A stretch of 64,000 nucleotides of DNA from contig MCFE01000017.1 in assembly GCA_002104905.1 (NCBI GenBank), positions 124,001 to 188,000 on the forward strand, written 5' to 3'. Below are positions 11,903-25,191 of the stretch, piece after piece. Within the stretch, counting starts at the first letter, position 1, and each line of letters starts with the position of its first letter. The notes beneath the pieces are model-generated. The model had not been told where the DNA came from. It made no database searches and was given only the letters and a program-made list of their open reading frames with translations. The stretch is from Basidiobolus meristosporus CBS 931.73. Lineage: Eukaryota; Fungi; Basidiobolomycota. The translations under genes and the position numbers were made by a program.

Positions 11903-14483
11903 TTACTCGCTGAAAAACCAACTGTTCACCTTGGCTATTATATGGGATACGTTATACGTTACGTGGATCGGCATTTTGTTGATTTCCACCTCCACTTTGG
12001 ATTGGATGTCCAACTCCACCTCCCCACCTTGGTGAGCGCGTAGTTTCTTGGCCCCGTCCTCGGTGAAGGAGACAGGGAGCCGGGGTGTTCTCAGACTTCT
12101 ATTTGGGGGTATGTTGATCGGTGAGAACCAGGAGCCCTCCCGAAATCGAAGGTTGACCTCTCCGATTTTACTATCCTCCATGCTTAAGGTGGCATTCAAG
12201 ACACGTATTTTCAGTGGCAGGGTGTTGATGGGGTTGGTTATTTGGGTGGAAATGGAACCAAAGAACAGGTGGAACGCGGTGCCCTCGATTAGATTTCCGC
12301 TACGGCCAGGGATGGTAAAGGGGTGCACGTAATGTTGGAGAACCTGGTTCAACGGTTCTATCAAGCTGGACCTACTGTTACCTTGTACTCGAAGAGGTAT
12401 GTCCACACCTGTAAACCTTGAATATTAGTATTATTCCAAGTCGATCATGAACAAATATCGTACCTTGCAGGTGCTTGGAGAATAATTCACCGATTGTCTC
12501 GTTTAATGGGGCAGTATCCGGGTTGATCAGTTGTGAGTATACGACAATGTTATTATCCCCTGGAGAGATTTCGAGATCTGGGATCCACGCCTCGCCAATT
12601 TTGACTTCTTCATACATGAGGTCGAGTACGACTGGTCCAAGTCTGAGGAGAATACTGCTTTCGCTGTGTAGAGCTACTACCGATTCGAAGGTAAGCCCCT
12701 CAGAGCTGCTAGACATCTCCACGCTGGTGACATTAATTGGGGGATGTTGAAGAGAGGAAAGGCCCTTAACATCCACGAACTCTGTGAAGGAGTCCAACTC
12801 CAAATCAAGAAGCCCTATGGCTGTCTCGGCTGTGATGATGGTATGACCGGTAACTTGGAAAATGAGATTTTTGCTGGTGAAAAAGTCCTGCAGAACCTGA
12901 GAGTACTCGTCTTGGGCATCAGGAAGAGCAACTAGTTGAACGTCCGATAGCTCTGCCTTCATGGAAGTGAAATCCTCCTCGGCAGTAGTCAGTATAGCGG
13001 AAGATGGAACGTCCAGCGCAGCGAATGGCACGCATGCTTCAAACCTGTACACGCACACCTGGGATGTCTGTCGGATACGAATAGGAAGCGTTTTGAATGT
13101 TGTTGGCAACTTCAGATTAGCATTTAGAACCCCATTTAGACCGAGCGTGTACTCCTGTCCGTCAAATTCAACACTCGGATCCGTGATTGACATTTCCGTG
13201 ATGTACACCGGCTCTGGAATTCCTTGAACTTCAACTTCAGTTTGAACATGCTGTAGAGCTTTATCCAGCCAGTGCGCGGAAGCTGATCCAAGTCCCCTAA
13301 CTTCCACATTTAGGACGTCCCCTTTGAAGTATTTGTTCAGAAATTCAGTCATGTGAGCAGCATCATCCGATATGGTGGATAAACTTCCGGAAAGAACCAA
13401 GTCATTATCCCCAGGAGTAAGAACTGGATCAGCACTGTTTCCCTCAGCAATGAGTAAATTTTCATAAAATAATCCAAAGGCTAAATTGCCGGGAAGTAGA
13501 GTGATGTTAGAGGGGTTCCAGAACGATAAGTCGGCTGTGAAACCAACGCCGTGATCGAAATTGTCGGAGTACAAGTTCAAAGAACGTAGCTGTATCTCCT
13601 TTGCACCATTAAACCCTAGAGCATATGAGATGGTTACGTAGTTAGTTTTCTATTTCAAATGCAAATTCTTTCCATCCGGTTTAGTATATTAACCTGTGAA
13701 CTGGATTTTCTTGTTAAGGGAATAATCCCTGAGAGTAGCCGCCTTTGAGTAAAAATTCATGAATCCTTGGATGTCCCATTCGAGAGAATCTTTGAGAATC
13801 GTATCGGCTACAAATCCCTCCAACAGTGCAGGTTCATATGTACGCAAGGTGGAATTGATAAAGAACTGGTTGTCTTGAGGAGAAAGCGTCATCGCAGGTA
13901 GTGCGATATTTCCAAGTAAATTTCCCAAATAATAAACGCTCAAGTCCGTTGGGTCCGAGGTGACCTTGACTTTGCCCAAGTTGTTGATAGTGGCATTGCC
14001 GACGATTGCAAAGGAAGAGCCGGAGTTCTCAACACGGACAGAATCGAAGCTGATCTCGGATTGTTCTATTGCGTTCCGTGTTGTAATCGGCGCGACAATT
14101 TTCAAAGAGAAAATGAAAAAGAACAGCTGAATGAGAAAGATTATGGCCACTATGATCACCCATTTTGTTGTAGAAGACAGCTCTCGCCACCATTTCTGCG
14201 TGATCTTGAAAATTTCCGGAGGTTGCTGAGGGGTAGAGCTTTGAGTTGGGGTAGAATCCGCTCCAGAATCGTTCGACCGTGTTTGTGCCGGGGCAGAATA
14301 CAAAGGGACATTATTTTTGGCCGCCAATAGGGGGGTACGCTCACTGATAGCGTGATGCTCTCTAAAGATCTCGTCTTCAATCTCCTGTTGCGATTTCCCC
14401 TGGTTATCGCCGTTTTCCTGGTGCTGATAACTTGGGCTTGAATCACCCGTTGGTTGGTCCGTGTTTGTTTGAAACTTCACCAT
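11903..14483 (-). CDS. Type II membrane protein with repeated DUF3712/LEA_2-like domains (Tag1-like); exons 14483-13694, 13615-12464, 12408-11903
   Basis: Acidic N-terminal tail with ERTPLL dileucine-like motif, one TM (WVIIVAIIFLIQLFFFIFSL), repeated beta-rich units with GFNG / GLSSL and LLLGPV motifs. GT-AG introns join the three ORFs in frame. Confidence 0.8.
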
Positions 14484-15331
14484 TATTTACTTAGCAAAGC
14501 TAGCAATTATTTATGACTTCAACTTTGACCAGTGCCTCCACTTGTAGAGATAGAAAATCCGATGTCAACCTGGCTTATGCGAAACAGGGAAGCCAGCTAC
14601 TATAGATGGTTAACCAAGCACGATAAACACGTAATCATCAGCAATTATTCGAACATTGGTTTGTCAACTTATCATTCAACCATCAGAATCAGTTCATGTG
14701 GTTTAAATGTGATGATCTAAAATACAAAGTTGCATGTTACAACCATAGATCAGAACAGATGCATACTGGCCCGGTGATGTGGCTTAAGCTACAACTTCAT
14801 GGGTAAGTCGGAATTCACATTGCTAGCCGCTGGCCGCTAGCCGATAGCTGGTGCTTCAATTTCATTGCGAACCAACTCATCTTCATCCCGTAGATAGGTG
14901 GATGCCCCTATTCTTATTGGTGGTGAGCACTGGAATATAAGTCGAGGCATTCAGCATAGCGAATGTTGTAACCTGAATCAGAGGTAGAAATGAGCATGAC
15001 TAATGCTTAATATCCGTAAGCAAGATAGGGCTAATGTTGACAGCTTCCCCAAGTCCCTCTGATGGGTGACTCGCTTTATCACGTGGGTTCACCAGTTTCA
15101 AAGACAAATGAATGCGCGAGAAGATTGGGAATCCGATAAATACCTACTGCTTCAACCGTATCAAGAATGTGAAAACGAGCGTCATCTTGTAGATCTACAC
15201 CAATAAACATATGAATGGTATAATGGCACTGAGCATATGATACAAGATAATGTGGTTTTTGGGGAGAGTGAGCACGAGTGGAGGGTTAGTGGTGTGACGA
15301 CACAGTAAGGGGAATGAATTTACCTCAGCGT

Positions 15332-15340
15332 TATATAAAA
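15332..15340 (+). promoter_or_regulatory. TATA box upstream of citrate synthase
   Basis: TATATAAAA about 43 bp upstream of ATG 15383. Confidence 0.5.
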
Positions 15341-15382
15341 GATGATGAAACCAACAGATGTCAGTCATCAGTCTGTTCAGCC

Positions 15383-16976
15383 ATGCCTCTTCTCCGTAGC
15401 TCTCTTCTTCCCACTGTATTGAAGGTTACTCTACAGATATATATACTTGGTTTTATTGGGATTTTCCTTACTAAACAAATCCGAACTCGTTAGAAATCCA
15501 TTCGCCGTCAGCTTCCAATAGCTGCTTCCACCTGCTTCGTGCGCCACAAGTCCACCACAGTATAGTACCTTCCTTTACTCGACGTATGAATTGCTCTGCT
15601 AAGTGAAATTTCACAGATTTTGAAAGAAAGGCTTGCACAATTGGTCCCTGAAAAGCAAGAGGAGGTCAAAAAGATCAAGAAAGATCATGGTTCTAAAGTA
15701 CTAGGGAATGTAACTGTAGACATGGTACTATCTCTCTCATCTCTTGAATGCCTATACACATGATTTTCTAAGCCACTTTTCTCACTAGGTATATGGTGGT
15801 ATGCGTGGCATTAAAGGGCTTGTTTGGGAAGGCTCGTTGCTAGACCCGGAAGAGGGTATCCGTTTCCGTGGATTGACTATTCCTGATTGCCAACAGCAGC
15901 TTCCTTCAGCTCCTTCTGGGGAAGAACCTCTACCGGAAGGTCTTTTCTGGCTGCTGCTTACAGGAGAAGTTCCAACATCCGAGCAAGCTGCTTACCTGTC
16001 TTCTGAATGGGCCGCACGCTCGGAACTCCCAGCGTTTATTAAGGAGCTACTTGATAAAGCTCCCAAGACAATGCATCCCATGACCCAATTCTCGTTGGCA
16101 GTGACTGCACTCCAGAGCGAGAGTCAATTTGCCAAGGTCTACCACGAAGGTGTTCACAAAAGCAAATATTGGGAATACACATACGAGGACTCGATGAACC
16201 TCATTGCCAAGCTTCCAAATATTGCTGGTCGAATCTACCAAAACACTTTCAAGGATGGCAAAGTTCCGGCCATTAGCAAAAGCGCAGACTACGGTCAAAA
16301 CATAGCCACCATTCTAGGCTTTGGGGATAACAAACAATTTGTCGAGTTGATGCGACTTTATATGACCATTCATTCGGACCATGAGGGTGGCAATGTAAGT
16401 GCGCACGCGACCCATCTTGTTGGAAGTGCTCTGTCCGATCCGTATCTTTCCTTCGCTTCTGGACTTAATGGATTGGCAGGTCCGCTTCATGGTCTTGCAA
16501 ATCAAGAAGTACTGCGATGGATCATGAAGATGCGTGATGAGCTTGGAAGCGCCGAAGTCAGTGATGACACCATCAAAGAATATGTTTGGAAAACATTGAA
16601 GTCAGGGCAGGTTGTCCCCGGTTACGGGCATGCTGTCCTTCGTAAGACTGACCCTCGGTACACTTGCCAGCGAGAATTCGCCTTGAAGCATCTACCCAAT
16701 GACCCGCTGTTCAAGATGGTTAGCCAACTGTATAAAGTTGTACCCGATGTCCTCACAGAACACGGAAAAACAAAGAATCCTTGGCCTAACGTCGACGCAC
16801 ACAGCGGAGTTCTCCTTCAGCATTATGGCCTTGTTGAGCAGGACTTCTACACCGTTCTGTTCGGTGTTTCTCGCTCACTCGGAGTTCTTGCGCAGCTTAT
16901 CTGGGACCGCGCATTGGGTATGCCTATTGAGCGCCCTAAGAGTGTGACCAGTGCCGATTTCAAGCGTTTATCTTGA
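15383..16976 (+). CDS. CIT1: Mitochondrial citrate synthase (4 exons)
   Basis: [77 protein letters not shown]. Short 5' exons encode a presequence ([14 protein letters not shown]...). Confidence 0.97.
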
Positions 16977-17801
16977 TGACTTCAATACCAAATCATGTTC
17001 CCAGGGTTAGGTTGACATGGAATATGGCAATAGCAACTTTCCCATTGTATAAATTATTCACTTGATGCTACAATAAACGCGAACTTCTAAATCAAATTGA
17101 TCTCTAAGCCACATCACACTATATATCAGTCGTCGGCCAAATCTAGACAATTCACAGGGCTAAGCAATTAATATCAAGCAGTCCCTGTCCCTGCATGCAG
17201 GGGATCACCATTTCATGACAACAGGGAAACAAGCAGAAGTGATTAGGGCTGCGGCTGCCGGGCTGCCAACGACTCTGCATCAGCTTCCTAATCCCTAAAT
17301 GCTGCTGGTAATGAAGTATTTGTATATGGTTAATCGCCCTAGAATCCAGAAAAGCCACATTGTGTTTTGATAGCTGTGCGCTCTGATTGGAGAATCAGCT
17401 ACAAAAGTAGGTCACTAAATTTATTGCTACTGTGTATGTAGGACCCATTTCAATGTTGTGGTACTACTATTGTGCTTATTGCTTTGATTTGATGTGTGTT
17501 CCTTTCCTGTTCCTGTCTGCTCTTATTTTAATTGAATACATAATTGAGTCCCTCTTAACTTCTCCCGATCCTACCAATCATGACCCTTTCCCCCCTTTGC
17601 TTTATATTACTGCTTCTATATTCGTCACTTACTACTCCTCAGTATACAAATAAGGATCTGAGTAGAGCTCTCGCGGCCACTTTCTTTCTTTCCCCAAGCC
17701 AGTAAGTAGCATTCCACTCCTTCTTTAAAGCTTCTGTATTAATATCTCAAGTACCTGTCTCATTCAGCCTTTGTATTTTCTATTTTTACTGATAAATTAC
17801 T

Positions 17802-20182
17802 ATGCTCGCCAATACCTATAAGGTAACTGCTGTTGAGCACACTACAGCACCTCCGGCCTTACTAACTGGTTTCCCGTTCACCTTTGTAGGATATGAACGG
17901 AAATAAAGGCAGCATGTCCATCAAGTCTATTGGCTCCCTTTCCAATTTAGAACTGAGCTCATCTCTCTCCAACAAACAACCATCCATTCCCACCTTCACC
18001 GAAAATATCCTCTATGTACGCAGTATTCCCCAGACGGCGACTCTGGAAGATTTGAGAGCCATGTTTAAAACCACCCATCCTAGGAGGTAGTGATGGCAAC
18101 TGTTTATTATTGAAAATTCCCTCACATTGACTTTGCAACTGTAGCATTCGTTATCCATCAAATGCTACATCCTTGGTGGGATGCATCCTGGAGTTCAACA
18201 CACCCCGTGAAAGTAAGCACTTCTTTGTGACCCTTCAGCCAGCATATCGCCATGATTGCTAACTGTTTCCCATCAGCTGAGAGAGCATTTGCTACCATGA
18301 ATAATACGTACATGAAGGCGCACAAGGGTCTTATGGGCTTGACCTTCTTTGACCCCAATTCTGGCAGAACAGAGATAGAACCCCCCTGCCAAACCATCAT
18401 GATCAAACATGTAGCCCCTGAGGCGGATGATGTTTCGTTGTATAGCATGTTCCGTGAGATCGGTCACATTTACCTCTGCAAGCTTGGTATGGATGAAAAT
18501 GGTACATTCCGTGGATTTGGGTTGATTCAGTATTGGAATGTGGAGGACACCAATGCTGCTTATGAAAGATTGGTAGACAAGAATGAGCGATTTGTATGGC
18601 TTGGATGGATTTTAACTGTATTTTGATTACAGAGTGCCGCTGAATACAAAGGGTGCACAATGTAAGTATCAATACCGAACATTGGGAATCCAATCAGTTC
18701 ACTAATAGAAGACAATCCAGATCCCTTACTCAGTACGTACCAAGAGAGAAAAAATCCGGCAAAACTCCCAGCAGCTCCATCAGAATGGGTAGCATGTCGG
18801 GTAGCATCCGTGGTCGCCCCGGCCTAAATGCGGATCTTTTCAAGCCACCCACGCCCTCTCTTTCAAGCTCCGACTCGATGGAATTTGCCAACTATTTCAG
18901 TAACATGAGTGTTTCCCAACAAAGCGACTCGAGCGCTTCCTCGCCTAGCTCACAAATGGAATATAGGGATCCAATGGCTGCCATGGCTGCCGGATTGGAT
19001 CCATGCAACCTGCACATCAAGAACCTCGATCCATCTATCATGAGCTCCGATCTCTTTTACGAATTCCGCCACTTTGGAAACATCATGAGCGCTCGCGTGA
19101 TGATGAACGAAACTACTTTGAAATCAAAGGGATTCGGATTCGTTAGTTTCCGCAGCGTTGAAGATGCGTCTAAGGCGCTGGCTGAAATGAACGGACGAGT
19201 CATTCGCTCCAAACCCATCGTTGTGTGCATTGCCGAACCCAGGAACATTCGTGAGGCTAGACCTGCAGCTACATTTGGTGTGGCTTCATCCACGTCGGGC
19301 AAGATTGAGGAGAGTGATGGTGGATTTAGCAACGGCAATGGCCTTACTTTGAACCCCGCTCTGTTGGCTTCATTCTCCACTCAAACAAGAAACGAGATTC
19401 TGGGAACTAGACTTACAACTCAACTACGTTATCTTCCTTCCATCTCGGAGCATGAGATTAGCAAAATCAGTGAAGTTATCTTGAAGATGAAGATTGATGA
19501 CATCATCCTGCTGCTCTCTTTCCCCAACGCATTGGAAGAAAAGGTAATGAATTCATAGGATGTTGATGTTGAGCCGTTGTGCTTACGCCCCATTCGTAGG
19601 CATTGGAAATTCGTACATCCTTGGGTAGCGGTGCTTTTGAGGAAGATCCTCAAACTCCCAGTCTTGAAACCGAGAAGCAGCAACTCAACGATTTGATCTC
19701 GGCTATTCAACGGGAAAGGGCATCTGACATCACGGAGCTACTACTTGGCTTACCTAAAAGCGAGAGGGCTAAGCTTCTACAAAACCCCGACTACTTGGCA
19801 AGCAAGGTCAACGAGGCAAAGAAGGCATTCGGTATGACAGACAGTCAGCCACGTTCGGCCACCACCTCACCCACCCAAAAATTCCCACTGAGCCCTGAAG
19901 CAGAGAAACTTGTTTCCCACCTGGACACTAAGCCAGAGGCCGAAAGAAAACAGGAAATCGGCACCAAGCTCTTTCCATTGGTTAAAGTACGTGAAAGCGA
20001 AGTGGTTTTGACCCGGTATCTCGTGGAAGATTAATAACTTTTGCTTCCTCAATTAGGGTTTAGGCGTAAGTGACGCAAGAAAACTTACTGTCCGTCTATT
20101 AGATTCGGTGGGAACACGCGAGCTTGTTTATTTAGTAAACGAGCCCGCCAAGTTGTCAGAGAAGGTGCAATCTCTCCAGTAG
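17802..20182 (+). CDS. rrm4: Three-RRM plus three MLLE(PABC)-like domain RNA-binding protein, Rrm4-like (multi-exon)
   Basis: RRM1 ILYVRSIP, RRM2 IMIKHV...FRGFGLIQY, RRM3 DPCNLHIKNLDP...SKGFGFVSF. C-terminal repeats RNEILGTRL, RASDITELLLGL...LASKVNEA, RKQEIGTKLFPLVK|GLGVSDARKLTVRLLD. Start exon inferred. Confidence 0.75.
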
Positions 20183-21601
20183 CACACCAGTACCCGACTA
20201 CTCAGTTATTTCCTATCAATTTAATACAAATCTTTACTGTTTCTCGTGTAATTGTTTTTACCACGTGTCACACGTCTTTAAGTTACTCAGGTGCTAATCT
20301 CGTTAGTCAACTTCCCCCCCCCATACTAGCGTCCATCACAAAAGCGAAATAAAATGGAATTCAACCCAGAAGTTCGGCGGAACCAATACCAGCATGAACG
20401 ATGATGCAGAATGAATGGAGAATTCGATTTACCGACGAGAGTGACCATCGTTCCGAATTCACCCAGTCCGATATGCACGGCTGCATTACCAAATTCGGAC
20501 ATATGATTCAAATGCATGGAGATTCTGGATAGGGTTAGTATGGGAAACCACGAACGCTTGGATAAACTTCAATCGCGCATATTTCCGATGGTTTAATCTA
20601 AATCACTAATCAAGCCCATGATCATCAATACATCAGCACAATTAAGGTTAGGTCAGATTCGGCCGTGGAACTTCCACAGTAAAATCGAGGCGAGCATTTC
20701 AGGCAATTTTCATAACAAACTGGAAGGTTGGAGGAATTTGCGAGCAGCAGACGATACGCCCGATTGGAAACATGGAATATCCATCTTTCCTTGGAATTTC
20801 GCTTATAAGGAAACCATCCAAAGTTGCATATCTTGGAAAAGGAAGGGTTGCTTATTCCCTCAACCTAATTACCACAATTGATCATATTAGTTTAGCCACT
20901 TGTGATGATTAGATTTGATATGACGCGTTAGCTTCGAAACAAGACACAAGCTGGTTTGTTTGCCCAGGGAAGGATCAACAGAAGCAAACATCTGCAGAGG
21001 ACTGGGCTGGCTACATGTACCGCATTACATGACTCAGCCACGAGAGTCATCATGCTCGTCATTGTTACGCACATCCGCGAGGCTGAAGGGCAAATCCGGC
21101 GATCAGAGATATGATCGTGGTCAAAGGAAATGGGGGCCTTCTAGCCAATCACGCAGCGCCTAAAAAGTCGAGAACCGAATTGTTTGTTTACACAAAGCAG
21201 TGTTTGATGAATGCACATTCTTTACTCAATCATGCAGTCCCAGAAACCCCGATCATATATAGTTACCAACCATGTCGCGGATTACTATTGTTGTATGAGT
21301 ACCAGCTGGTAAGTCGGTTCTGTCGAAATTGTCGATTTTTTGATGTAATCTCACGATCTATTGTCGTTACCTGAAGTATCCATCCACCTGAGCATCCACT
21401 TAAAAAGCGGTTGATCATTTTCCCTCTCATCCGATTGATTTACGATAGTAATCAAACGCAGATAAAAAAACTTTAGGCTCCATCTGCGTATTTAATAGCA
21501 ATTCTTCCCATTCGTACCTTCCATTTCCTTTCGTTTTTTGCCATCTCTTTTCGGTCCCATTTATTATTTAGACGCTAATATTCCTCTCTTGACATAGAAG
21601 A

Positions 21602-23227
21602 ATGGGTAAAGGAAAAAGAGCAAATCTCGAGTTCTTAAAAAACTCTCCTATCACCGAGGAAAACATTAATCCTAGTAAAGAGCTTCTCACTCCTCCTCTG
21701 CTGAAGGAACCTGTCAACTCTCCTTTTGTTCCAACCACCAATGCCACTTCAGCCGCTCAACAGCCTGCCGAGTCGGGGAATGAGGATCTTGAGAACGTCC
21801 CTCTCTTTATTTTGATTTCCACCTACTTCGGCTACATCGTCCTAATAATGTTCGGACATATCCGGGACTTCTTCGGTAAAAGATTCAAGAGCGCCGAATA
21901 TGCACCCTTTAACTTCCAGAACGGCTTTGCTCCTGTACTCTCCGACTTTGAATCCTTCTACCGTCGCCGCCTTTACCGCCGTATCAGTGACTGCTTCAAC
22001 CGCCCTATTACTGGTGTTCCCGGCCGCACTCTTACTCTTATTGAGCGTGTCAGCCACGACTTCAACAGGACTTTCAAATACACTGGTCAAACCCGTACCT
22101 TGCTGAACCTTTCTTCCTACAACTACCTGGGCTTTGCTCAAAGTGAAGGAGCTTGCGCCAACGCAGTTGAGGAGTCTATTCGCAAATACGGTATTTCGTT
22201 GGCCAGCAGTCGCATGGAGGTCGGCACCACTCAACTCCATCAAGAAGCTGAAGCTGAGGTTGCTCGATTCGTTGGAAAGGAAGACTCCATCATTATTAGT
22301 ATGGGTTTTGCTACAAACTCCACCACTCTTCCTTGTTTGGTTTCCAAGGGCAGTTTGATCATCTCCGACGAGTTCAACCACTCTTCAATTGTCAGCGGTG
22401 CTAGACTCTCTGGAGCCGCCATCAAGATCTTCAAGCACAACAACATGGAGAGTCTGGAGCAAGTTCTTCGCGAGTCCATCTCCCAAGGCCAGCCCCGTAC
22501 CCACCGTCCCTGGAAGAAGATTGTTGTGATCGTTGAGGGACTTTACAGTATGGAGGGCAACATTGTTCGTCTCCCCGAGATCATCCAGCTGAAGAAGAAA
22601 TACAAGTTCTACCTGTATGTTGATGAGGCCCACTCCATTGGTGCCCTCGGATCCAGAGGCCGTGGTGTGTGCGACTTCTGGGGTATCGATCCCTCAGAGG
22701 TTGATATCTTGATGGGCACATTTACCAAGAGTTTTGGCGCTGCTGGTGGCTACATTGCTGCCGACAAGAGTTTGATTGATTATCTGCGCTTGAAGTGTCA
22801 TGCTTCAGTTTATGCCGAGCCCATGTCAGTCCCCGTTTTGCAGCAAGTCATCACCTCGATGAAGATTATCATGGGTGAGGATGGCACTGACGATGGTAAA
22901 CGTCGACTTCAGACTTTGGCTTTCAACAGCCGCTACTTCGCCACCAAACTCCGGGAAAAGGGATTCATCGTGTACGGTCACGAAGAATCACCCGTGGTCC
23001 CCCTTATGCTGTTCAACCCAGCTAAGATCCCAGCCTTCTCTCGCGAGTGCCTAAAGCGAGGTATTGCCGTCGTGGTGGTAGCTTATCCCGCCACACCAAT
23101 CGTCAGTGGTCGAGTGCGCTTCTGTTTATCCTCTGCACACACCAAGGAGGATTTAGACTGGGCACTGGAGCAAATTGACGAAATTGGCGACAGAATGCTC
23201 CTTAAAGTGAACAAGAATCACGCTTAA
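21602..23227 (+). CDS. LCB2: Serine palmitoyltransferase subunit 2 (intronless)
   Basis: 541-aa ORF; LNLSSYNYLGF, YVDEAHSIGA, PLP-lysine motif GTFTKSFG, RVRFCLSSAHT. Confidence 0.97.
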   Translation: MGKGKRANLEFLKNSPITEENINPSKELLTPPLLKEPVNSPFVPTTNATSAAQQPAESGNEDLENVPLFILISTYFGYIVLIMFGHIRDFFGKRFKSAEYAPFNFQNGFAPVLSDFESFYRRRLYRRISDCFNRPITGVPGRTLTLIERVSHDFNRTFKYTGQTRTLLNLSSYNYLGFAQSEGACANAVEESIRKYGISLASSRMEVGTTQLHQEAEAEVARFVGKEDSIIISMGFATNSTTLPCLVSKGSLIISDEFNHSSIVSGARLSGAAIKIFKHNNMESLEQVLRESISQGQPRTHRPWKKIVVIVEGLYSMEGNIVRLPEIIQLKKKYKFYLYVDEAHSIGALGSRGRGVCDFWGIDPSEVDILMGTFTKSFGAAGGYIAADKSLIDYLRLKCHASVYAEPMSVPVLQQVITSMKIIMGEDGTDDGKRRLQTLAFNSRYFATKLREKGFIVYGHEESPVVPLMLFNPAKIPAFSRECLKRGIAVVVVAYPATPIVSGRVRFCLSSAHTKEDLDWALEQIDEIGDRMLLKVNKNHA

Positions 23228-23690
23228 TTCTAATCCACCCACGTATTATAGACCTATTACGTTCGCTGCCATGTTCACCACCATCACCCAATTCCTCGTA
23301 ATGTTTCCCATCCCCTCTTCATGCTTTCAACTGTATTTTTTCCTCTTCAATACACGTGTAATTTCTCTTAGTAACTATCCGGACGGATACTCGATTCTAA
23401 ATGTTTTATAATAGTAAATTGTTTCCTGATACATCGGGAAAACCTACGCTACATTTATCGTCCTTCGAAAAGACCAATCCACGCTCACCGATCAGCCCTT
23501 GGGTTGTTGTTGGTAGTAAACATAAATGAGTGTTGATATTTCACAAAAAAGGGAGTCCCGGGACGGAACGGCGCACCTGGAATTCTCACGATGCACGGGA
23601 CCTGGATACGATTGGACTGCTATCCAACAGGTGTCCAATGATCCATGAGTTTGTCCCGAAGAAAACCCAGCCGTGTATCGATTGATCTCG

Positions 23691-24917
23691 TCATTCAAAC
23701 AATGATGGGATTCGTGGTGGATCCTCGAATAAACATGGCGATGTGGCATTGCACTGGTTTTTCGGGGCGACCTTGCCCTCCCCAGTGTACCATACCCCAT
23801 TTTTCCAGTGGTACCCATCTTTGTACCAATTCCCATTTTTGTACCAGTACCCATCTTTGTAAGCAAACCCGTTGTCAACAAGATAGCCATCCGACGTGAG
23901 CTTCAGATTGGCGACGTTGACCAAGTGCCGTAGGTTTGCTGGCAATGAGGTGACGTTGACTTTGGGTGGTTGAATAGAGGCTCGCGAGGTATTCCAGGCA
24001 GCGGGGTAAATATTGATGCCACCCATGGCTTGATTTTTGATGTAACTGGCCAAGTTGGTGAACGCCGTGTACTGAGGGGCTCGTTTCGAGCCTGAGACCT
24101 GCAGGCTCTTTGAAGTTTGTGCGGGTGGCTTGTCGAGGGGCCTTGCGTCGGTGGTGATATGCTTCACGATTGCCTTTAGCTCCTCCACATCCTTGGTGGC
24201 TTTTTGTAAATCTTCTACCGCTTGTTTGGTTACCCGGTTGTTCAGCCGGAGTTTCCTGACCTCCTGACGAAGTGTGGTGATGGACTGTAGTAACCTTGAA
24301 GAGGAGACCTCCTCTTCGCTCGGGGCTCTCGGTTTAGCACGAGCAGTTCTGGGATATTGCGAGCCTCTCATGTATGGATTCATGTCCGGGTAATTACCAA
24401 CCCTCCTACGGTAATATGGGGGGTACATTTGATCGTAGTGCGGGCCGTCATCTTGTATGTACTGTGCGATATCTTCCTGTGGCTGAGGATCCACGTAGCG
24501 GTAGATTGGTTTCTCTGGACGATAGCTATTGTATTGATCTGCAGCAAAGTCGCCACCGTTGTCATAATAATAGGTGGTGGATTGGGGCTCCGACTCCCTG
24601 TACGGATATGTGTCTTTATCGTAATCCAGCAGCTGCTTTGCGTCGCCAAGGTTCAACCTCCCTCTGGGATCGACGTATGCTTTCGATGGAAAACTAGCGG
24701 ACAAGTATCTCTGTAGAGTCTTGCCCTGGGTTGGCTCCCCCAGATCCTCCCCCTCCACTGGGTCCTCTACCACCCTCTGCTTGGAATTCTGCAGATTGGT
24801 TTGTAGCATCCTGACGAACTCCAAAGCCTGATCAATTTCGTCGTCCTCCGCATTTTTTTTGGCGTGGACTTGATTACAACTGGCCAACAAGACAAGGACG
24901 AAAATAGATAAATACAT
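23691..24917 (-). CDS. Secreted hypothetical protein with Tyr/Pro-rich region, coiled coil and C-terminal Trp/Tyr hexapeptide repeats
   Basis: 408-aa ORF; signal peptide MYLSIFVLVLLASCNQVHA; NGFAYK-DGYWYK-NGNWYK-DGYHWK-NGVWY. Confidence 0.8.
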   Translation of the reverse strand: MYLSIFVLVLLASCNQVHAKKNAEDDEIDQALEFVRMLQTNLQNSKQRVVEDPVEGEDLGEPTQGKTLQRYLSASFPSKAYVDPRGRLNLGDAKQLLDYDKDTYPYRESEPQSTTYYYDNGGDFAADQYNSYRPEKPIYRYVDPQPQEDIAQYIQDDGPHYDQMYPPYYRRRVGNYPDMNPYMRGSQYPRTARAKPRAPSEEEVSSSRLLQSITTLRQEVRKLRLNNRVTKQAVEDLQKATKDVEELKAIVKHITTDARPLDKPPAQTSKSLQVSGSKRAPQYTAFTNLASYIKNQAMGGINIYPAAWNTSRASIQPPKVNVTSLPANLRHLVNVANLKLTSDGYLVDNGFAYKDGYWYKNGNWYKDGYHWKNGVWYTGEGKVAPKNQCNATSPCLFEDPPRIPSLFE

Positions 24918-25191
24918 AGATGGAATCGGTTGTACTTTCCAGGGTAGAGTGACTCACCAAGGTTTTTATGTCGTCCTTGGATGAAACTCCAACGTTACCA
25001 CGACGCCTTCGGACAGTTTCAGAGTTGGGATTCCGAGGCACCGGAGTTGGGAATTGTTGGGTGGTATGCATGAATCAAATTACATGAGAAGCGATGACGT
25101 TTGACCTCGCCGTGTAACCTATGTAGGTAGTATTTGGATATCAGGCGGTTGGGTGATTTTCGGCTGGATTATTCTTAGTCTTACTTGCAAA

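Noticed and set aside
20200-21590. Short ORFs between rrm4-like and LCB2
   Set aside because: No motifs and no consistent splice model; treated as intergenic.
21842-22633. Long antisense ORFs over LCB2, CIT1, the S9 peptidase and similar genes
   Set aside because: Shadow frames of codon-biased real genes.
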